A stretch of 63,289 nucleotides of DNA, the filler included, from Globobulimina sp. (taxonomy: Eukaryota): NCBI GenBank assembly GCA_003354225.1. It is 49 parts of 49 records of this genome, joined end to end, with 100 filler letters (N's around TTAATTAATTAA, not from the genome) between each part and the next. Parts side by side here need not be neighbours in the genome. Positions count along the whole stretch, not along the records: positions 62,098 to 63,289 come from PIVH01021277.1; 48 more parts are not named here. The stretch is one strand, 5' to 3'. The number at the start of each line of letters is the position of its first letter. The stretch's first letter is position 1. The notes under the pieces were generated by a model, which worked only from the letters and a program-made list of their open reading frames with translations, was not told the origin of the DNA and searched no databases. The position numbers and the translations under genes are program-made. This document shows, in pieces, positions 62,098 to 63,289 of the stretch.

Positions 62098-63289
62098 TCA
62101 TAGCAATACGCCAATGTATGGCAGGCGCCCTCCGACGTAGACTCATATGGAACATATCCCAATTCAATATAGTCGGAAATATCAGTTCTTGCCGCATGTT
62201 GCTGTGGTTTGGTGGCGGATTGATACATTCCTTGATAAGCAGTGTCCAAATCAAATAAATGGGACAAATTATGTGCGACGGCATCAGCAATCATAATATT
62301 TGCATGCGTGCCGATCATGCAATTTGTATATCCATTGCCCAGTGGCCATCTCGGTAAATCTCCTCCTTCTTCAAACATATAGACCAGAGATTGTATGATA
62401 TCCGCCATTATATTGGGGCGAATCAGTGCAAGCCATGGAAATTCTGATCGGAACACATCCCATCCGGACTATATTTATATTTATTTTTTATATATTAGTC
62501 GTATTAATATTAATGAATAGCATACTATGTCTGTGTAATATCCACGATTTGGATCAGTTAAAGTATGGACATTAAGATCAAATCCTTTATAATTACCACC
62601 AGCTTCGCTGAATTTTGTTGGCGCCAAAAATGTATGATACAAAGCAGTATAAAAAACAGTTAAATTATCATCTGTAATGTAGGAATAATTGATATTATTT
62701 ATTTCCACCAAATTTAAATGCTTCTTCCACAGTGTTTGCGTTTGATTTTTAACTGCATCAAACAGAGAATCTCCTTTTTTAGAATCAACATTTATATCCA
62801 AATCGTGTTGTAAATTCTTCATTGCCTGCTCTAAACTGATAAAACTGAGAGCAACATACATTTCAACAACAGCATCATTCTCAAATTGGAGCCAAAAACC
62901 AATATCATTGCCTGCCATTGCAAAGGTACTCTGATTGACTCCATTGTATTTGCTGATTTTCCCATTCTTCCATGTCCCAAAGTTGTGAACATTAAAAGCT
63001 GCGGAAAAGCGCACCACATAAAAGATATAAACACCACCAAACCGCGATGATAAGGCACCACTTTCGTGAATATGGCCAGTAACTTCATTGTTTGTGAAAT
63101 TTATTGAAAATGAGGAATTCTGACATGCGTCGTATTGCAAAGTATAGGCTGTGTCGAACAAAATATATCTCGGCAACGACGAATTGGTGAAACTATATCG
63201 ATGGAGTCCGACATCCAAAGTGGCAGTTAATTCTATTCGAATTCCATTGGAAGGCAAATAAATGGAATAATAGCCAGGTTGACTCGTTT
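62098..63289 (-). CDS. GH92 alpha-1,2-mannosidase, internal fragment, intron 62469-62525
   Basis: IELTAT..VGLHRY, ALSFISLEQA..NL, FYTALYH..LAP, YYTDI|SGWDVFR, LPRW...TNCMIG, TLAYCY. Confidence 0.95.

Overview
This window is not a contiguous locus. It is a concatenation of about 49 unrelated contigs of ~1.19 kb each, apparently sorted by length. Each pair is joined by an artificial linker (N~45 + TTAATTAATTAA + N~44, which has stops in all six frames), so gene neighbourhood is only meaningful within a contig. Most contigs come from an AT-rich eukaryote with short (50-150 bp) GT-AG introns. Divergent tubulin, actin and H4 genes fit an amoeboid protist such as a foraminiferan, but that is inference. 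Recognisable host genes are a synapsin-like gene, ATG7, a CAP-Gly protein, a pathogen-related protein, a cellular RdRP, H2A+H4, an amino-acid transporter, an AKR, TBCD, two sulfatases, EF-Ts, a Cdc123-like protein, GH7 and GH92. Mobile DNA is abundant: a Polinton/Maverick protease-ATPase block, a decayed Maverick integrase with an intron, Penelope RT and GIY-YIG, copia, gypsy, LINE, and foldback/MITE elements. Several contigs are bacterial or phage (O-antigen ligase, Usp, FKBP, GAF protein with IS6, tape measure), often with abrupt chimeric junctions typical of whole-genome amplification. The most notable items are a divergent Bcl-2-fold gene (48190-48765), an intron splitting the catalytic Asp codon of a Maverick integrase, a strongly altered H4 tail next to an H2A gene with a metazoan-style 3' stem-loop, and an intron bounded by a 10-bp direct repeat. 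No complete novel multi-gene system can be demonstrated from fragments this short.
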